64,000 nucleotides of DNA from a virus (IMGVR_UViG_3300028888_000044:1-64000); one strand, 5' to 3'; counted from the first letter of the stretch, positions 19,650 through 30,680 are shown. Notes: generated from the sequence alone by a model not told the origin. A program made the numbers and translations.

Positions 19650-21359
19650 TCATTTTGTTCTTTTCTTTATTTTATTTAAAACTGAATTCATAGATAATAC
19701 TTTTTCAGTTTTATTTTGTGCTATATTTGAAATTGTAATTGGTTTCTTTCTGTTTTTTTCAATAAAACTTTTAATTGTATCTATATCAGTAGCTGATTCT
19801 GAAAATTTAATTTTTTTCTTTAGACTTTCATATTCAGATACAGACATAATGATGGAATATTTAAGATAATCATCATCATCAATTATTGACAAATTGTGTT
19901 TTGCCCTAGTAATTGCAACATATTTCAAGTTCCTTTCTTGTTCCTTCTCCCAATCCTTTTCCATTCGCTTTAGGTTAATGTCAAACAAAGACCAACACAA
20001 AATATGTACATTATTGCATTCAAGACCCTTTGCCTTATGAATGGTAGATAATGAAATTCCATCCTTTTCATCATTGTTAAATATCTTGTCAATCCTTTCA
20101 AGCAATTCCGTTCTAGTTTTTAATCCTTCAGACAATATGATTATTGTATTAATGTTGTCTATTAGACTTCTACAAGTTGAGTTGTTAAGAGCAGTATATA
20201 TATCACACATTTCCCTATTACATACAAATTCTACTGTCTTGAAAAATTGTCGATATAGCTGTGATATTATACCATCATTTGTCAAAGACTGCCCTATGTT
20301 ATCTGCACTTGTGCCTTCAATAAGTTCAACAATATCCTCATAGCATCCTTTGCCATTCATATGGCATTTCTTACCCATAGCTATTAGGTTCAAATAAAGT
20401 CTAACCAAAGGAGCGTTGTTTCTGCACAGTACCATATCACCATCTTGAATGTTTTCAATCTTGCCGTTAAAATTTATGTTGCCACATACACCGAAACAGT
20501 TTCTCTCAATACCAAATACAATTTGGGCAGCAAAGTCAACAATTGAGTCATCACATCTGTAGCAAATTGGAAGTGGCATTGATATTGTGTTTGGTGTTTT
20601 TGACAAATTATCAAACGATTGTGAATCAGCACCAGAAAATGCATATATTGATTGAAATTTATCTCCACAAAATATATATCTTGTACTTATCTTTCTACAT
20701 TTAAGTACAATTTGCTGTTGTGCTATTGACAAGTCTTGCGCTTCATCAACAAATATATAGTCATAACTTGGGAATCTATACGGCAGTACATTTGGCAACC
20801 AAACCATATCAGCATAATCTATTGTTAAAATATTTTCTTTGCCCCATTTTAGAAGCTTTTTTGTCACTTCCGTTTCATCATACAATGGCATTATTCCAAA
20901 CTTATTTGCTGTCAATGCAATTCCTTTTATACCATCGCATAAATTGTTTCTACAAAAAATCAGCAAGTGCTTTATGTTTGATATATATTTTTGCTGCTCG
21001 TTGTTTGACATTTTATAGAAATATTCAGTATATTTGTCAATATTTGAATATAGTTCCTTATGATACTTGAACTCATCTACAGAAGGATTAAAATCGTTAT
21101 TCATTTTAATTATACTGTATCCCAAACTGTGAATAGTAGAAATTTTCAAGTTTTCAATACCAACTGATTTTTTTGTTATATCATTGATAATATCTTTATT
21201 GAATGCACAGTAAAATTTTGTAGTATCGGCTCCTATCGCTTTCATTATCTCAATTAGCGTTGAAGTCTTACCACAACCAGCATAAGCTTGTATCATAATA
21301 TTCCCATTTCCATTGACAACTTTGTCGATAATTTCATTTTGATATAAACTTAACTCCAT
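19650..21359 (-). CDS. UvrD/Rep-like SF1 helicase
   Basis: AYAGCGKT, VDEAQD, GDKFQSIYAF, STIHKAKGLE, YVAITRA. Confidence 0.9.
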   Translation of the reverse strand: MELSLYQNEIIDKVVNGNGNIMIQAYAGCGKTSTLIEIMKAIGADTTKFYCAFNKDIINDITKKSVGIENLKISTIHSLGYSIIKMNNDFNPSVDEFKYHKELYSNIDKYTEYFYKMSNNEQQKYISNIKHLLIFCRNNLCDGIKGIALTANKFGIMPLYDETEVTKKLLKWGKENILTIDYADMVWLPNVLPYRFPSYDYIFVDEAQDLSIAQQQIVLKCRKISTRYIFCGDKFQSIYAFSGADSQSFDNLSKTPNTISMPLPICYRCDDSIVDFAAQIVFGIERNCFGVCGNINFNGKIENIQDGDMVLCRNNAPLVRLYLNLIAMGKKCHMNGKGCYEDIVELIEGTSADNIGQSLTNDGIISQLYRQFFKTVEFVCNREMCDIYTALNNSTCRSLIDNINTIIILSEGLKTRTELLERIDKIFNNDEKDGISLSTIHKAKGLECNNVHILCWSLFDINLKRMEKDWEKEQERNLKYVAITRAKHNLSIIDDDDYLKYSIIMSVSEYESLKKKIKFSESATDIDTIKSFIEKNRKKPITISNIAQNKTEKVLSMNSVLNKIKKRTK

Positions 21360-21471
21360 TTCAAATGTTAAAATATTATAATACAATTATATGTAAAATA
21401 ATTTACAAATAAAAAAAAAATCTCATACAAGCTGAACTTGTATGAGATTTTTTTGTCGAGAATAGTCCTAA

Positions 21472-22182
21472 TTAGGCAAGAGCGCTCTTAATAGCGTTTA
21501 CCAAAGTTGGGTTGTTCTTCAAGCTGTTGATGAGCTGATTGAAGTAACGCTGTGCCTCATCATCACCGTCATTAGCGAAGCAAGCTTCAGTAATTGGCTC
21601 TGACTGCTCTGCCTTTTCGCGCAGCTTCTGTCCAACAAACTCGATAATTTCACCCCTATCGGCATTCTCCAAGTCGATTTCGCCAGCCCATCCTTCCTCA
21701 ACTACAAGATGAACAAGCTCCTTGCGGCTAAGAGTCTCGATGTTAATAGCCTCTTCTGATGCTTCCTCACAAGGAAGCTGCTCAACAACGTCCTTAGGAA
21801 GGAAACGACCATGAGCATCGCGCTTGGGAGTAGAAGGAGCAGCCTTTGGAGTGGCTGTACGCTTCGTAGCGGTTGCCAACTTTGATGATGGGCGCTTTTC
21901 TGAAGCAGTACCTTGTACATGTCCCTTCTCGATTTCATCCATCGACATAACAACAACGGTCAAACCAAACGCTGTGAGTACGCTAAGATACGTAGCGAGT
22001 GAAACATTGGCCTTGTTAATAACGTTCTCTACCTCACTAACCGATACACCAAGCATATCTGCTACACCTCTCTTGGTAAGAGATTGCTCACGCATAATGG
22101 TCTTAACCCTCTCACACACATCGTCGAGAGCTTGCTGTGTCAACGAACGACACGCAGCAAGAAACTGATTCTTATTTTTCAT
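21472..22182 (-). CDS. HTH (XRE-like) DNA-binding protein
   Basis: LTKRGVADMLGVSVSEVENVI helix-turn-helix; Ala/Thr/Pro linker. Confidence 0.65.
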   Translation of the reverse strand: MKNKNQFLAACRSLTQQALDDVCERVKTIMREQSLTKRGVADMLGVSVSEVENVINKANVSLATYLSVLTAFGLTVVVMSMDEIEKGHVQGTASEKRPSSKLATATKRTATPKAAPSTPKRDAHGRFLPKDVVEQLPCEEASEEAINIETLSRKELVHLVVEEGWAGEIDLENADRGEIIEFVGQKLREKAEQSEPITEACFANDGDDEAQRYFNQLINSLKNNPTLVNAIKSALA

Positions 22183-22280
22183 TTGTTTTAAAAAAAAATA
22201 TAATTGTTAAACAATACGTAAATTCTTGTTAATATCTTGGCTTTATAAGCCAAGATATTTAAAGTAGTGGTAATCAGCTA

Positions 22281-22703
22281 TTAAGGAAGCTGAAAGATTG
22301 GCTCACCGCAGACGGTGTGGTCAACAACCTTTGCACCTACTGGTACACGTCCTTCACACCACTTAAGCTCACGAGTCTCGGTGCGAGTAGCACGAGGTGC
22401 ACGAACTGTACGTGACTCACAAGGAACAGTCTCGGTGATAGGTCCGCGATTTGCCCAATCGCAAGCCTTTGCGGCCTTTTCAAGGTTGCGGTACTTACCC
22501 ATATCCTCGTTGAACTTGATTGTTCCGCGAGTGGTGTAAGCGTAGTTGCTACGAAGTGGCTTGTCCACTTGTACACAGATTCCATCTGGCTCTCTTTCCT
22601 CACGGACAGCCCTACGTGTCTCACGGCAGCAAGTAGTATTCGTTGGAACTTCCTCAACTTCTACGGTAAGTACGATGCCACCAAAATCAAAAGTCTTCTT
22701 CAT
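22281..22703 (-). CDS. Hypothetical Arg/Cys-rich protein
   Basis: ATG 22703 after an A-rich leader; locally higher GC; hairpin downstream at 22231-22259. Confidence 0.6.
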   Translation of the reverse strand: MKKTFDFGGIVLTVEVEEVPTNTTCCRETRRAVREEREPDGICVQVDKPLRSNYAYTTRGTIKFNEDMGKYRNLEKAAKACDWANRGPITETVPCESRTVRAPRATRTETRELKWCEGRVPVGAKVVDHTVCGEPIFQLP

Positions 22704-22981
22704 CGTTTGATTGTGTTTGTTTGTGAATAATTTAGTTATTAATTCTCGTTGTCCTTTTGTTCTGTTACGATTATATAGAAGAAAATCGAAAAACAAAAAA
22801 AACTTGTTGTTAAAAAATGTTAAACATTGTTTTGTATCGTTAGAAACAAGTTCGTAATCGATACAAAATGAATATATACAAAAAAAATGACGAAACAAAA
22901 TTTTTCGTCATTTTTTTTTATTTTTTTTTTGTTATTGGTACTTCATCCAAAGACTGTTCATTTTATCAATAATTAATTTTC

Positions 22982-24250
22982 TTAATTTTGACTTGGTTTT
23001 GTAAATGGGCTATCAAAATCAATATTTGAAAAATCAAAATCATCTTCTTCTGTATCCATATTTGATTGTGGTGAATTGTTATCATCCAATTTAGAAACAT
23101 AATCACCCAAATCTTCAAGACCGCACAAATAATGTCCATATTCATCATATACATCATATACAGAAGCTGACACTCGCTTTATTATAAAAGGTATACCTTC
23201 ATATTCTACCTTTATTTTTCTTTCTTTTCCTTCAGAAAATGACATTCCGTAAACCTTGTCAAAGAACAAGCTGCTTATTCTTCCATCAATGTTTATTTTC
23301 TTATCATATAGTTCTTGACACAATATTCTATATTTATGATGCAATCCAACTACAGCATAACCGTTGCTGAATCCTTCACTTCTGAATTCGTCATAAATGT
23401 GTCCTAAAGCCCTTTCCAAGTCTTCGTTGTTTGCTATTGACTGATATATATAATTTTCAGTATCTACCTTCTCGAAGGTTTTTCCCATATCAAGAGAAAT
23501 CGCAATTGGGTGACAAGATGAGAAATTATAAACAACACATACATTTCCATCTCTATTACCAGAGAATATAAGACCTTTTATGTATTGTCTTATATTTGCT
23601 CGTTTGTAGTTTCTCAAGAATTCCCTCCAAGCGATAACTGCCCCACTAGCTGTATGTCTACCTTGTGTATAATAATGACCCATTCTACGAATAGCATTGT
23701 CTGAATCACGTAATACTGTAGATAGCAATGTTTGTTGGTTTCTAAGAATATATTTTATTTGGTCTTCTATTGACTTGTCATCGCCATGTGCTGCTCGGCA
23801 CACCAATGGGTCAAATATTAAATAATCACGCAAATCATCTGTACAGATTACCTTCACTATTGCGTGTCCATATTTCCTTGTACCAGCATTTCTAATTGGT
23901 TTCCCATCCAAACCAACAAGCATACCATTTATTTCCTTTCCACATTGATGAGGTGTTCCCCATCCACGACCGTGCAAGTCTTCTTCAGCATTGTAAACAG
24001 ATGACTTCAATGTGTATGTGGTGTAAATTCCATCTCCATATCCATTGCCAGTACCAGTATTAGTAAATTGTCTTCTGTTTCCCATTAAAGCAATGTTTTC
24101 CAATGCTGATTTTGACTCGTTTGCACAATGGTAAAGATAAAAACCATCAGATGGGTTTTCACTTACCATTTCAATGTTTGCAGTCCTATTTGTGAAATTA
24201 CCATCTTCACAAAGAAGATTTCTTACGGTATTTTCAAATAAATTTTTCAT
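22982..24250 (-). CDS. Putative ADP-ribosyltransferase-fold protein
   Basis: FYLYHC...GNGYGDGIYTT resembles PARP/ART strand-1 H and GxGxY motifs; later FSNGYAVVG is WG-repeat-like. Confidence 0.5.
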   Translation of the reverse strand: MKNLFENTVRNLLCEDGNFTNRTANIEMVSENPSDGFYLYHCANESKSALENIALMGNRRQFTNTGTGNGYGDGIYTTYTLKSSVYNAEEDLHGRGWGTPHQCGKEINGMLVGLDGKPIRNAGTRKYGHAIVKVICTDDLRDYLIFDPLVCRAAHGDDKSIEDQIKYILRNQQTLLSTVLRDSDNAIRRMGHYYTQGRHTASGAVIAWREFLRNYKRANIRQYIKGLIFSGNRDGNVCVVYNFSSCHPIAISLDMGKTFEKVDTENYIYQSIANNEDLERALGHIYDEFRSEGFSNGYAVVGLHHKYRILCQELYDKKINIDGRISSLFFDKVYGMSFSEGKERKIKVEYEGIPFIIKRVSASVYDVYDEYGHYLCGLEDLGDYVSKLDDNNSPQSNMDTEEDDFDFSNIDFDSPFTKPSQN

Positions 24251-25890
24251 AATATTCTCTTCAGATAACTCTTAAATGATTCATTTATTTCATTTATTTT
24301 TTGCTTTGTCCTCAATTGCTGCATTTTAAAGAAATTCTCATCAATTCCGCACATTTCCAAGAATTCCTCATATGAAGGTATATAACATAATTCCGAATCT
24401 TCGATAAGTAGACTTTCAATCAAAGTACCCTTTATCAAATTTGTTAATGTAACAACAGTGTCATATACCATTATTGACAAATGCTGACTGACCAAGCAAT
24501 TGTCTATAAGTTCTTTTGTGTTTGTATCATCGCCTCCCATTTTACAACAAAGCAATGTGATACTAGTGGCCAAACGAGCATAAGATTCGCGTCCAACTGG
24601 AATTCTTCCTTTAACAAATTTTTCTTTCTGAAGAAGTTCAATCATTGCTATTTCTTTTAGTACGTTAGACAATGATTCAGTCGTAAAATTATGCCTATTG
24701 TTTATTTGTTCAATCATTGGCACAATTGAATCATATTTGTTTGTATTATGGCTTCCGTTTTGTATTACTTTTATTGAAGCAAGAATATTTTGCAAACACT
24801 TCTCTGCTTTAGAGTTGTTTTCATTAAATGGATTTGGTGCTTGTTCTGTAGGTTCTTGCTGCTGTTGAGGTACTTCTACATATTCTGGTTGGCGAACCAT
24901 TGTTAAATCATTACCAACATTGGTTACTCGTCTTTGATATTTGTCGTGCAGATTAAGCACGTCTTCCATAGGCTGACCGTTGTTGTCGGTCATAAGTTCT
25001 GTCTGACTTTCATCATATACATAACCATATTCCCATTCTCCGTTTGTAGGTGGGGCATTATGGTTTCTACCCACTCTGTTTGCCAAATATCCTCTTGTTC
25101 CACCAGCTTTTAAGTCACCTACAAAAGACGAATTTGTTATAGCTTCATATCCTGCTGGGTCATTATACTTGTTTTTATATGGTACTTCAATTACAGCACC
25201 AATGGCATTAGGTATAAGCTTTCTGTTGAAATACTTTGCCCAATTCCTTTCTGTACTTACAAATCTTGGGACAATACCTTGTGCTTTATATTGGGCATAA
25301 ATCATTATACTGTTTCTATCGCTGAATTGAACAAATTCCCAACCCTTTTCAGATGCGCCCAACATTCTAATACCTCCGACAAAGTTCTGTAGGAATTTTT
25401 TAACATCTTCCTCGCCAAATCGCTTGAACAAATCATCAATGAATTTATCAGTCAATTCTGAAGCTGCGTTATAATCATCTTCTGTTGCTTCATTTAGTAT
25501 TTGATGCTTTACAGATTCTAGGTCATACGAATATGGAATCTTCATGCCATTTAAAATCTTTACAATACCTTCAGTCCACATCTTGCTATCAAGAAAATCA
25601 TTAACCAAATTAAATAGAACTGCAATATGTAAAGATGGAAATTGGTTGTTACTTGCGTCACCAACTTCAAGATTTATATTTTTTTCAGTAACCTTAAACT
25701 TGGCAAGCGTATTTTTGCACCTATCTGTTATGGTATCCATCAAAAATGTTAATACCCTATTTGGATTCTGTCTATAATCTTCATTTGGGTTATCACCTTC
25801 ATCTGGTACTGCGACAAATCTTAAATCGGCAAATTTTACTTGCTTTTGAGATTCTGTTTTATGTGAATATCCTGTTAAAATAATATGCAT
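24247..25890 (-). CDS. Protein with an ArdC-N-like ssDNA-binding domain
   Basis: FSDRNSIMIYAQ..PRFVSTERNW..NRKL....AVIEVP and later YVYDESQT resemble the ArdC/DUF1738 pattern. Confidence 0.55.
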   Translation of the reverse strand: MHIILTGYSHKTESQKQVKFADLRFVAVPDEGDNPNEDYRQNPNRVLTFLMDTITDRCKNTLAKFKVTEKNINLEVGDASNNQFPSLHIAVLFNLVNDFLDSKMWTEGIVKILNGMKIPYSYDLESVKHQILNEATEDDYNAASELTDKFIDDLFKRFGEEDVKKFLQNFVGGIRMLGASEKGWEFVQFSDRNSIMIYAQYKAQGIVPRFVSTERNWAKYFNRKLIPNAIGAVIEVPYKNKYNDPAGYEAITNSSFVGDLKAGGTRGYLANRVGRNHNAPPTNGEWEYGYVYDESQTELMTDNNGQPMEDVLNLHDKYQRRVTNVGNDLTMVRQPEYVEVPQQQQEPTEQAPNPFNENNSKAEKCLQNILASIKVIQNGSHNTNKYDSIVPMIEQINNRHNFTTESLSNVLKEIAMIELLQKEKFVKGRIPVGRESYARLATSITLLCCKMGGDDTNTKELIDNCLVSQHLSIMVYDTVVTLTNLIKGTLIESLLIEDSELCYIPSYEEFLEMCGIDENFFKMQQLRTKQKINEINESFKSYLKRIL

Positions 25891-25998
25891 ATTATTATAT
25901 ATTTAATATAATTATAAATATTTTAGATAGATAAAAAGTAAAATATAATATATTTTTCAGTATATTATTCTAGTTATAATATATATCATTAATAAACA

Positions 25999-26436
25999 AT
26001 GAAAAAATATATTATAAGTTTATTATTATCAATTTCTTGTATTTTTGCGGTTTATACACAAGATTTTTCAACAAATCTTGGTTTAGGATTTGTATACCCT
26101 TTGGAACGCACATATGTTAATGTAGAGCTGTGCAATAAGATAGCTCCAAATTATTCATTGGCATTGTCAGCAGACATCAGCAAGGTAGAGACAAACCTTT
26201 CGCCAAAATTAAAAATAAATGTTAAAAACATCTGTTTGGATTTGGGATTTGGTTGGGGGCATAAATTTGCAAAGGCAAACATAAGTGACCACAATTTTCA
26301 CACGTATACTGTTGGTTTATATTGGCTAAAGAACAGATATTATTTTGGTGGCTCAATGTTTTGGAGGTCATACGAATCTCACATAGGGTTTCACAAAGGA
26401 ACTTTACGATTATGTTTAGGATGTAAAATATTATAA
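25999..26436 (+). CDS. Small secreted or outer-membrane beta-barrel-like protein
   Basis: Signal peptide MKKYIISLLLSISCIFAVYT; alternating amphipathic strands. Confidence 0.55.
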   Translation: MKKYIISLLLSISCIFAVYTQDFSTNLGLGFVYPLERTYVNVELCNKIAPNYSLALSADISKVETNLSPKLKINVKNICLDLGFGWGHKFAKANISDHNFHTYTVGLYWLKNRYYFGGSMFWRSYESHIGFHKGTLRLCLGCKIL

Positions 26437-26480
26437 ACAAATATCTCATACACAGTTTAATAGTGTATGAGATATTTTCA

Positions 26481-27686
26481 TTAATAACTAATATCATCCA
26501 TATTTACATCACCAAACATATCTGATTGTTTTGTATTGAATTTCTTTGGCGGTTCGACAAATGGGAATACTGTGTTCAAATATTTTTCAATTCTAATATT
26601 CAAGTCATCTGTCATTGAAGTAGCTTTTGCAATGTCAGCCTTTAATTGACCGTTCTCATATGTATCAAGTGGTTTAACATATTTCAAGAACAAATCCTTG
26701 TAGAATGGCAGATAATTGTTTCTATCAGCAAATGTACTGAATGGTTGGTTGAATATGTTTGAATTCAATATACCTTTAGCACCCAAATCGGACAATGGAG
26801 CTTGGTTTCCGTTTGGCTTAAGCATTTGTTTCACCAAATTTACGTTGTTGGAAAACTTATTGGTAAGGTTTGGGCAAATAAAGAACCATTTTACAGTCGC
26901 TCTGTTTGACATTATTTTGAACATAACGTGGAATAAGTCTGGTTCATCATCATCAGTACTCTTGCCTGGAAAATCACAAATGAACACTTGTAATGGGACA
27001 GCCTTTCTCTTTTTACCTTCCCTCGTCACGCCCCCTTTTTTTTTCATCAGATTATCACACAGATAGTTTATTTCTTTTGGAATTACTCTGTCACCCCCAA
27101 TTGAGTTGTCATCCCAATTTCTGCAAGCAAGGTTTGGTTCGCTCACAAGTCTGCTTTTCAAATACTTTTGATAAGCTGTCTGATTGTAATTCCATCTATC
27201 AATCTCCTTATTCTCGTATAGTGAAAGACTACCATTTTTGCTAATCTTGTTATAATACCAATCCTTGATACATTGCTTAAGGAAATTGTCTCTGTTTTTG
27301 TGCGTGGCTTTCTTTTCGATTTTCTTTGTTGCGTCTTTCAAAGCTTGATTGAATATGTCATTTACATCGTCTTGCATTTCTTCGGTTTCATCATCATCTT
27401 CATCATCATCTGCTGGTAGAATATCCTTGAAATGGTCTTGAAGTACATAAAACAAATCAGTATCATCCAAATATTTCTTTGGCTGCTTGAAAGAATCAAC
27501 CCAAATAACTATGTCGTGTAATTTTGGAAACCCATCATCACCAATGGTTGAATTGCTTGCCCTTAAAAAGTTTGAGTCAAGGAAATCCTTGACCAATGAT
27601 ACCTTATCACTAAGTCCATTGACCTCTTCGCGGACAAGTTTTTCAACAAGTCTTTTATTTGCTTTTTCGGTTATTATAATTTTCAT
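26481..27686 (-). CDS. Hypothetical late protein with an MKIIITE leader
   Basis: 401-aa ORF, TATTTATA upstream, shared leader motif. Confidence 0.65.
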   Translation of the reverse strand: MKIIITEKANKRLVEKLVREEVNGLSDKVSLVKDFLDSNFLRASNSTIGDDGFPKLHDIVIWVDSFKQPKKYLDDTDLFYVLQDHFKDILPADDDEDDDETEEMQDDVNDIFNQALKDATKKIEKKATHKNRDNFLKQCIKDWYYNKISKNGSLSLYENKEIDRWNYNQTAYQKYLKSRLVSEPNLACRNWDDNSIGGDRVIPKEINYLCDNLMKKKGGVTREGKKRKAVPLQVFICDFPGKSTDDDEPDLFHVMFKIMSNRATVKWFFICPNLTNKFSNNVNLVKQMLKPNGNQAPLSDLGAKGILNSNIFNQPFSTFADRNNYLPFYKDLFLKYVKPLDTYENGQLKADIAKATSMTDDLNIRIEKYLNTVFPFVEPPKKFNTKQSDMFGDVNMDDISY

Positions 27687-27717
27687 ATTGAATCAACAAA
27701 TCATTTTATATAAATAT

Positions 27718-30210
27718 CTAATTAGCTGTAATTGAACTATAATTTAATATGCTAATTTTATCATCAGATACTGATAAATTGAATTCATAACCGTTTTCGT
27801 AATCATTTTCCAATATTTCATTGGTAATCAAGTCCTCTATGTTTTCTTGGATATATCTCAATATTGGTCTTGCTCCATATTCCTTCTGTACCCAACACTT
27901 ATCAACAATCAGCTTGACTATACTTTCGTCATACTTGACACCATAACCAATGTCGTTTACTCTCTTAATTACCTTATCAAGCTCAAGTCTGCAAATATCA
28001 AACATATTTTCATATGACAAATCGTTGAAATATATGATATTATCAAGTCTATTTAAAAATTCTGGTGCAAATTTATTCTTTATTTCTTTTTCAATGATTG
28101 ATTTTGTCTTGTCATTGCTGTCAGATACAAATCCAATTCCTCCACCAAATTCTTGTGCTTGTTTTGTACCAACATTTGATGTCATAAGTATGATTGTGTT
28201 CTTAAAGTCAACAACAACACCGCTATTATCCGTAAGTCTTCCTTCGTCCAAAAGCTGAAGGAATACATTATATACCTCTTGGTCAGCCTTTTCAATCTCA
28301 TCGAGAAGTACAACGCAATATTTCTTGTTCTTTACTGCCTCTGTAAGCTGTCCACCGTTATCAAATCCAATATATCCAGGTGCTGCACCAGTTAACTTTG
28401 AAACACTATTCTTCTCTGAATATTCAGACATATCTATACGAATCAATGAATTCTGACTACCAAATATCTCTTCAGCAATTTTCTTTGCAATGAGTGTCTT
28501 TCCAACTCCACTCTTTCCGACAAACAGCATTGATGAAATTGGTTTGTTTTTATTGCCAAGCCCAATCTTGTTTCTTTTGATTACCTTGCAAATCTTATCA
28601 ATAGCGTCATCTTGCCCAATTACACTTTGTTTCAAGATGTTGCTTATATTCGCAAGCTGTTTCTTTTCATCGATGCTTAATTTTTGTACTGGAATATTTG
28701 TTATGTCGGCTACTGTTTGGTAAACGTCATTAACAGTTATTGTCTTTGTATACTTTGACTTGTTATTTGACATTTCCCTTTCTATTTCGCTTATTTTTTC
28801 CTTCAATTGGTTCTTTCTGTCAATGATAGATGAAATAGAATCAAATTCTCCTTGTTTGGTCAGATTCTGTCTTTCATTTTCAATGGTATTGAGTTCGTTT
28901 TCTATACTCTTAATATCTTTGTTGCAATTTGAGATGTTTGCTCTTGCGCCACATAGGTCTAACACATCAATTGCAGAGTCTGGTAAGCATCTGTCTGTAA
29001 TATATCTTTCAGCCAAAGAGACGCATTTTTCAATCGTATCATCCAAATATTTGACGTTATGGAAATCTTCATAGTAGTATTTGTTCTTCTGTATGATTTC
29101 AATTGTTTCTTCCTTGGTTGTAGGCTCTACAACAACCTTTTGGAATCTTCTGCTAATCATTGTGTTTGACTCGATTGAGTTTCTGTAATCCTTGTATGTG
29201 GTTGTTCCTATTACCTTAACGTCACCATTTGACAATATATCTGTCATCATTGAAGACATATCAGTATCTCTGTCCCTTGTTGTTGATTTGAGTACAGTAT
29301 GAATATCATCAATGAAAAGAATATATTTATCTGACTTTCTGATAGCATCAAATACCATCTTAACCCTTTCTTCGAATGCTCCGCGTAAGTAAGTACCAGC
29401 AATAAGTGAAGATACGTTTAATTGAATGATTCTTTTTCCTTTCATCACATCAGGTACATTACCGTTAACTATTTCATTTGCCAACCCATATACCATTGAA
29501 GTTTTTCCTACACCACCTTTACCCACAATAACAACATTATTCTTGTTTCTTCTTGCAAGGACTTCGATAATGTTTCTCATTTCTCGTTGTCTTCCAATAT
29601 AGTCATCAAAAAGGTTGTTTTCTGCTTGTTTTGTCAAATCCGTGGTAAACATTTCAAGCGGAGATGGTTTGCTTCCAATCAATTCATTCTTGTTTGTTGC
29701 ATTATTATTAATTAATTTCATTGCTTTTTTTGCGGCTTCAGTTGATTTTTTAGTTACGTCCAAGCATTTTGTAAATGCGAAATTGTAGTCAATTCCTATA
29801 TTTCTGAAAATTTCAATTAGCTTATTGTGAGAGTTAATTGGATTTATCATAGCTAGCAGCACGTGTTGGCTTCCAATCATCGGACAGTTCATCTGTTCCA
29901 TTTCATATTCTGATTCATCAAAAATATGTTCCAATTCGTCACTTATTTCAATTTCATTTTCCTTTGGTTTATCTATCAGAGGTACGAGACTATCTCTAAT
30001 ATGAGAAATGAATATATTCTTTATATCCTCAATGCTTTGCGCTCTCATAAAACTACCAAGTAATACATAGGCGTTGCATTTCTTCTTATCCAACAGTGAT
30101 ACAAGAAAATATTCTGGTGTAATCTTCTTAGTTGGGAATTCTCTAGTAAGTGAGTCTGTCATATATGATAACACATCAGCAAGCTCATTTGTTATTGATT
30201 TCATATTCAT
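27718..30210 (-). CDS. clpC: ClpA/ClpC-family AAA+ chaperone
   Basis: Clp N-repeats, Walker A GKGGVGKT and GKSGVGKT, LPDSAID, LLDEIEKA, GRLTD, GARPI. Confidence 0.9.
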   Translation of the reverse strand: MNMKSITNELADVLSYMTDSLTREFPTKKITPEYFLVSLLDKKKCNAYVLLGSFMRAQSIEDIKNIFISHIRDSLVPLIDKPKENEIEISDELEHIFDESEYEMEQMNCPMIGSQHVLLAMINPINSHNKLIEIFRNIGIDYNFAFTKCLDVTKKSTEAAKKAMKLINNNATNKNELIGSKPSPLEMFTTDLTKQAENNLFDDYIGRQREMRNIIEVLARRNKNNVVIVGKGGVGKTSMVYGLANEIVNGNVPDVMKGKRIIQLNVSSLIAGTYLRGAFEERVKMVFDAIRKSDKYILFIDDIHTVLKSTTRDRDTDMSSMMTDILSNGDVKVIGTTTYKDYRNSIESNTMISRRFQKVVVEPTTKEETIEIIQKNKYYYEDFHNVKYLDDTIEKCVSLAERYITDRCLPDSAIDVLDLCGARANISNCNKDIKSIENELNTIENERQNLTKQGEFDSISSIIDRKNQLKEKISEIEREMSNNKSKYTKTITVNDVYQTVADITNIPVQKLSIDEKKQLANISNILKQSVIGQDDAIDKICKVIKRNKIGLGNKNKPISSMLFVGKSGVGKTLIAKKIAEEIFGSQNSLIRIDMSEYSEKNSVSKLTGAAPGYIGFDNGGQLTEAVKNKKYCVVLLDEIEKADQEVYNVFLQLLDEGRLTDNSGVVVDFKNTIILMTSNVGTKQAQEFGGGIGFVSDSNDKTKSIIEKEIKNKFAPEFLNRLDNIIYFNDLSYENMFDICRLELDKVIKRVNDIGYGVKYDESIVKLIVDKCWVQKEYGARPILRYIQENIEDLITNEILENDYENGYEFNLSVSDDKISILNYSSITAN

Positions 30211-30329
30211 AATCGTTATATTACATATAAATAATAAGAAAATATATCAGCTTTTTCAATAACAGATAAAAATGTATTTAAAATTTGTTAAAATTAATTT
30301 TTTTTTATAAAATACAAAAAAACATATTT

Positions 30330-30680
30330 ATGGGTAAAATTTTATCAATTTATAGTAACAACAAGGATAGAGCGTGGTTTGATTCTAGTAACGTTCTTTA
30401 CGCTGAATGCGATGACAAAACAAATGATTTAAAAGAAGTTAAGGTTGTGTTCAAGAACGGTGGCACGTACCTTTATCATAAAGTTAAAGTTAACGACTGG
30501 CTTATGTTCAGAGAATCAGCATCAATAGGAAAAGGATTCAATGCATATATCAAACCATATGAATACGAAAAGGTGGAAAGCGACAGAAGTGTCGATGACA
30601 TCAAGAATGAGCTTTCAACTATATTGGAAAGCATAAATAATGAGACTGATAATACTGTGGAAGATGGCAATGCAGATTGA
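30330..30680 (+). CDS. KTSC-like domain protein
   Basis: DSSNV...LKVVFKNGGTYLY..V...F....SIGKGFN..IK. Confidence 0.65.
   Translation: MGKILSIYSNNKDRAWFDSSNVLYAECDDKTNDLKEVKVVFKNGGTYLYHKVKVNDWLMFRESASIGKGFNAYIKPYEYEKVESDRSVDDIKNELSTILESINNETDNTVEDGNAD

Noticed and set aside
21421-26473. Shared tctcataca...tgtatgaga stems at about 21421 and 26445 as a repeat family
   Set aside because: Only 9-bp arms and two copies, both at gene ends; adequately explained as terminators.
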